Shown: positions 60,401 through 64,000 of the stretch, piece by piece
Numbering within the stretch: position 1 is the first letter of the stretch
How the letters are laid out: each line of letters begins with the position of its first letter
Assembly (NCBI GenBank): GCA_951804945.1
Contig: OX638156.1
Coordinates: 39,866,001-39,930,000 of the forward strand
DNA length: 64,000 bases
Reading direction: 5' to 3'
Source of the DNA: Podarcis cretensis
Lineage: Eukaryota
Made by a program: the position numbers and the translations under genes
Notes under the pieces: generated by a model
The model's input: the letters and a program-made list of their open reading frames with translations, nothing else
What the model was told of the DNA's origin: nothing
Databases searched by the model: none

Positions 60401-63381
60401 TCTACCTGCATCATTTTGAACAAGTTGCCTGAGCTCTGCTTCTCTCTCTTTTTCTACACTCAGAAAGTGCTCACCTGAGCTCTGAGCTGCACTGCTGCTT
60501 TCTGAGAGTTCTGCAGCTGCTGTTCCATCTCTTTCAGCACCTGTCTCTGCATCCCAACTTGGTCTTGCAAGTACTGGTTCCGGGACTGGGCTTCACAGAG
60601 GGCCTGCTTGGTCTTTGAGGACTCGACTTCCACAGTCTTGATTACATACTGGGGGAGGAAAAGCAAGAAACACAGCTACAGAAGTGAGACACGGCCACAG
60701 TTCATTATAGATGACCTTTAGGGTCCTTTCCCGCTCTACAACTCTACTTGAGGGCAGCTTATGAAATTAAGAGATACTCTGGATCTCTGACCGAAGCTCT
60801 TCTGGGGACTGATGAACTCTTCAAGCAGTTTCACTTTGAGGAAACTCATGGACTAAAGCCTTCACAGCAAGCTATTCTGCCTCACCTTAATCTGCTGAGG
60901 CTGGGCTTTGAGGCTGGCTATTGTCTCCTGGCTATCCCTCAGTCTGCGGCTGAGCCGCTCCTCTTCCTCTGCCTTCTCTGCTAGGGAGTCTTTCAGTCGG
61001 AGCTCCACCTCAGCCAGGCGATTGGTTTTCTGCTCCACTTCTAGGTCCAGCTCCGACAGGCGCCCTTTCACCTCTTCTGCTTCTTGCTTTAGTTGGGCCA
61101 GCTTTTCCTGCAACTTCACATTCTCCTGAGTAGTAAACAGGGAGGAATGAATATAGCATATAATAAACATAACTGCAGCTGAGCAGCCTGCAGTCCCACC
61201 CCAGCAGAAAGAAGAAGCAACTCTTTTTACCTGGCTGTGCTCGCAGTTCACGCATTTCACAGGATGCTTCTTCTTGAGCTCCTGCAGTTGTGCCTCGCAC
61301 ATCTTCATCTCTTGTTTCAGACGCACATTTTCTGCAACCAAAAGGTCCCGGTGCTTCTCCAGATCTGTGCCACCCTAAAAAGGGCATGGGAGGCAGGCAG
61401 GGTGTTAGAGGAACCTATGCATTATGAGCAATTTTACTACTTTAACTACTAAGTCACCTACTGGACCTGAGGGAAATCACAAGAAAAGCTTGAAAGTTTT
61501 CCACTGAAAAAATTAACAGTGGAAATTATTTATTTATTTACTTACTTACTTATTTCAAAAAAAGTTTCCACCCAACCAAATCCCAAAGGTATTATGTTCA
61601 AAAACATGCCATTTGTTTGAGCAGAACAAACAGGCAATATATATGAGTGGATCTGTCCTCCTCTAATAAGTTACCAGGTACAGAAGCACTGTCACCTGCG
61701 CCTAATTAATATAAATAAATTCAAAAAACCCTTTTCATTGATAAAGCAAGAGAAGGAATGCTTACTATGAGATCTGAATGGATGTGCAGATAACACCCCA
61801 CATTCACTCTTAGATCTAATTGGCTTTAATTATAAATTTGTTGCCTCTATTTTTTGTTTGGGTGCAGTCAAATTAGTAAGTATCTAGACTATTAGATGCA
61901 GGAACACTATCTTTTGAAGACACCAGGAGACTTCTAGAGGGTCCCAGTCAGAGGAAGGAATATGGCTCAGAGGCAAAGCGCATGCTTTTCTTGCAGAAAG
62001 CCATGGCCAGTCAGTGTGGACAACACTGAGCTAGATAGACCAATGGGCTGTTGTGGCATAAGGCATCTCCCTACGTTCCCAGAAAAATGACTCACCGGCT
62101 ACACTTTGTTTGCAAACTCTCTCAATAAATTTAGCTGAATTGATCTAGCAGTACTGTGTGTAGGTGGGTTAATTGCCATTTTCCTTCACACCCACCAGTG
62201 CTGGGAACACCCTTATAATTTGTACACTTGGCATTTTGCATTGTGTGGACTATTGCTTTTGTTATTCAATTATTAACATATCTGTAGTGTACTTATTACA
62301 TATTCATTTTGTTTCCTGCATGTGTTTTTCAATGCTGGGTGCATTTTGGCTCCTGCTGTTTATGGGCAACTCCTCTTCAGCTCTTTTTTCCTTCAGAAAA
62401 GCAGACACCAGGCAGGGTCGCTAAGTTTATACTTCTCCCACAGGTGTTTCCAAATGGAGTGGCCCTGTGCTTCCCCACCCCCAGAATCAAGAAGAAATTC
62501 TTATCAGGTGGAAATAACTGAACTTGCACAGAAACAAGTCCTGTCTTTATGATGGGGAGCATATCACTACTGGAAATAGGTGTCATCTCCTCAGATGAGA
62601 TGGGCCAATTTAGAGCTCAATTTAACCTCAGCAAGGTTAAGGGAAGGATTTGTTAAACAACAACAACAACAACAACAGTAGCATAAAGCAAGGATTATAA
62701 ACACTAAGGGAAAATCTGCATGATAACAGAATTAACCTTTCCAATGGGAAGGAGGGGGATTTCAGTAAAGTAACTCAAGAGTGGGAGAATCCACAGTCCT
62801 TCCTGCCTAGGCCAAATCAATAAGCAAAGTGTGATGAACTCAGCTGTTTACAGGAGCATGTTGAATTTCCACAAACATCAGCAAACAGGCTGCTTGCAAT
62901 GCTTTTTTGGGGAGACCTCGGGAAAAATGGAGGTCAATGTGGGTCAAATTCACCACATTTAACTTGCAAAACTTGTAACCCTGTGCTAAGCCACCTTCAG
63001 GGTTTTGATTCACATATAATTGCAAAAGCCAAGTTGCTCATTCAGAACAATTTTAGTCACATACATGAGCACCATCCCCTAGTTGGGGTAAAGAAATCCA
63101 AAGCTGTAAACACGTGTACACACGTGTACACACATGTACACACACACACACAAGTATTGCTGCCGTAACATGCATTCCTACTCAGAAAGGAGTTCAACAG
63201 CAGTTACTTCCTCTGTTTATAGTTTAGCCTACATGTAAATGTTTTCATGATACATGTATTATGGAATAAAGTCTTTCGGAGATGTTAGCAGTGCAAAGAT
63301 GATTATGTAGCTCACCAACACGGAATGGAGCCTGTTCATTTCCTGTGCTTGCTCCAGGAGTTGGTCCTTCAGACTTTCTGT
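51451..63381 (-). CDS. KIFC3: Kinesin-14 motor KIFC3 (coiled coil plus C-terminal motor domain), 5'-truncated by the window edge
   Basis: Minus-strand exons: 63381-63316, 61374-61231, 61125-60886, 60648-60475, 59384-59237, 59026-58896, 58674-58563, 58157-57976, 57667-57563, 56532-56402, 55628-55505, 54992-54863, 54340-54111, 53358-53224, 52546-52447, and a probable stop exon 51461-51429 (AWN*). Motifs: [12 protein letters not shown]-loop GQTGAGKT, switch I NEHSSRSH, switch [27 protein letters not shown]. Candidate minus-strand AATAAA at 50210-50215. Confidence 0.94.
52747..52914. mobile_element. hAT-type MITE
   Basis: Ends CAGGGCCCACCC / GTGGGCCGGCCCTC; 8-bp TSD AATATAAC / AATATGAC. Confidence 0.75.
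56610..56661. repeat. Compound (TG)n-(CG)n-(CA)n microsatellite
   Basis: Direct reading; self-complementary arrangement. Confidence 0.9.
59557..59794. mobile_element. Tc1/mariner MITE, apparently nested in an older AT-rich element (about 59449-60104)
   Basis: TA|CAGTGGTACCTAGGGTTA ... TAACCCGAGGTACCACTG|TA; the host element has TAGGG... / ...ATCCCT ends. Confidence 0.85.
60706..60748 (+). mobile_element. CR1 3' terminal fragment
   Basis: TAGATGACCTTTAGGGTCCTTTCCCGCTCTACAACTCTA. Confidence 0.6.
61952..62080 (+). mobile_element. Internally deleted tRNA-derived squamate SINE
   Basis: A-box-like TGGCTCAGAGGCAAAGCGCATGC head; tail CCAGTCAGTGTGGACAACACTGAGCTAGAT.GACCAATGG...ATAAGGCA.CT.CCTA.GTTCC. 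Confidence 0.6.
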
Positions 63382-64000
63382 CTACCAACGCAGAAAGGTA
63401 GCTTTAAATACATATCACTTCCACGTTGGACAGTGAAGTTTCTTAAATTTATAAGACTGACCATTAATAAAACTATACAGGTGGCTTATTTAAAATAATA
63501 GAATAATTAAGAATAAATACAATATTTTTCCATAGCAGAAACAGTACAAAACAGTTTGCAAGTTAGCTTTAAACCACACTAAAAGAGAGAGGGAGGGAAA
63601 GAGAAAGGCTTATTTAAAACCACACTGAAAAAGTGAATGCTAAGGGTCTTTTTTGAAACACAAGTTCAAAAGGCATTTTCAGTGGTGATTCCCCAGTTGT
63701 GGAATGCTTTCCCCAGAGAAACCCTCCTGCAGCCAACACTGTCAGCTCACTGGGTGGAAACATTACTTTTCACTGTTTAAGGATCTTAATTTAATCGTGA
63801 TGTGGAAAAATTCTGGTCTGTTTTGGTGTTTACCTTTTAGTGGGGTAGGGTAAGATTAATCCTTCTTATTCTTGTTCTAAAACTGCAAGTATCCAAATTT
63901 GTGGATGGCATGAACTTATTCAGGATGGTAAAATACTGAGCAGATTGTGAAGTGCTCTTAAAGGCCCATTCTAAAGTTTCTTACTAGGGAATTCAAAAAA

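Overview
Vertebrate genomic DNA, most likely a lacertid lizard, judged from a full-length Sauria SINE plus BovB, CR1, L2 and L1 fragments and many hAT and Tc1/mariner MITEs. Four spliced protein-coding genes were reconstructed by hand. (1) The 3' part of GARRE1/KIAA0355 (+, 12 coding exons, stop at 21112). (2) A complete 3-exon, 79-aa SS18L2-family gene (-, 29655 to 27554) that the ORF track misses entirely. (3) Complete KATNB1 (+, 19 coding exons, 658 aa), head-to-head with SS18L2 across a CpG-island promoter. (4) Most of KIFC3 (-, 5' end outside the window), tail-to-tail with KATNB1. The most notable points are the hidden intron-containing SS18L2 gene at a junction of genes that lie on three different human chromosomes, a second promoter-like motif cluster inside SS18L2 intron 1, three GC-AG introns, a multi-option KIFC3 C-terminus, and a hAT family whose end is a self-palindrome with compensatory changes. 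Nearly all ORF-track entries are spurious or are fragments of these exons. No prokaryote-type system (CRISPR etc.) is present.
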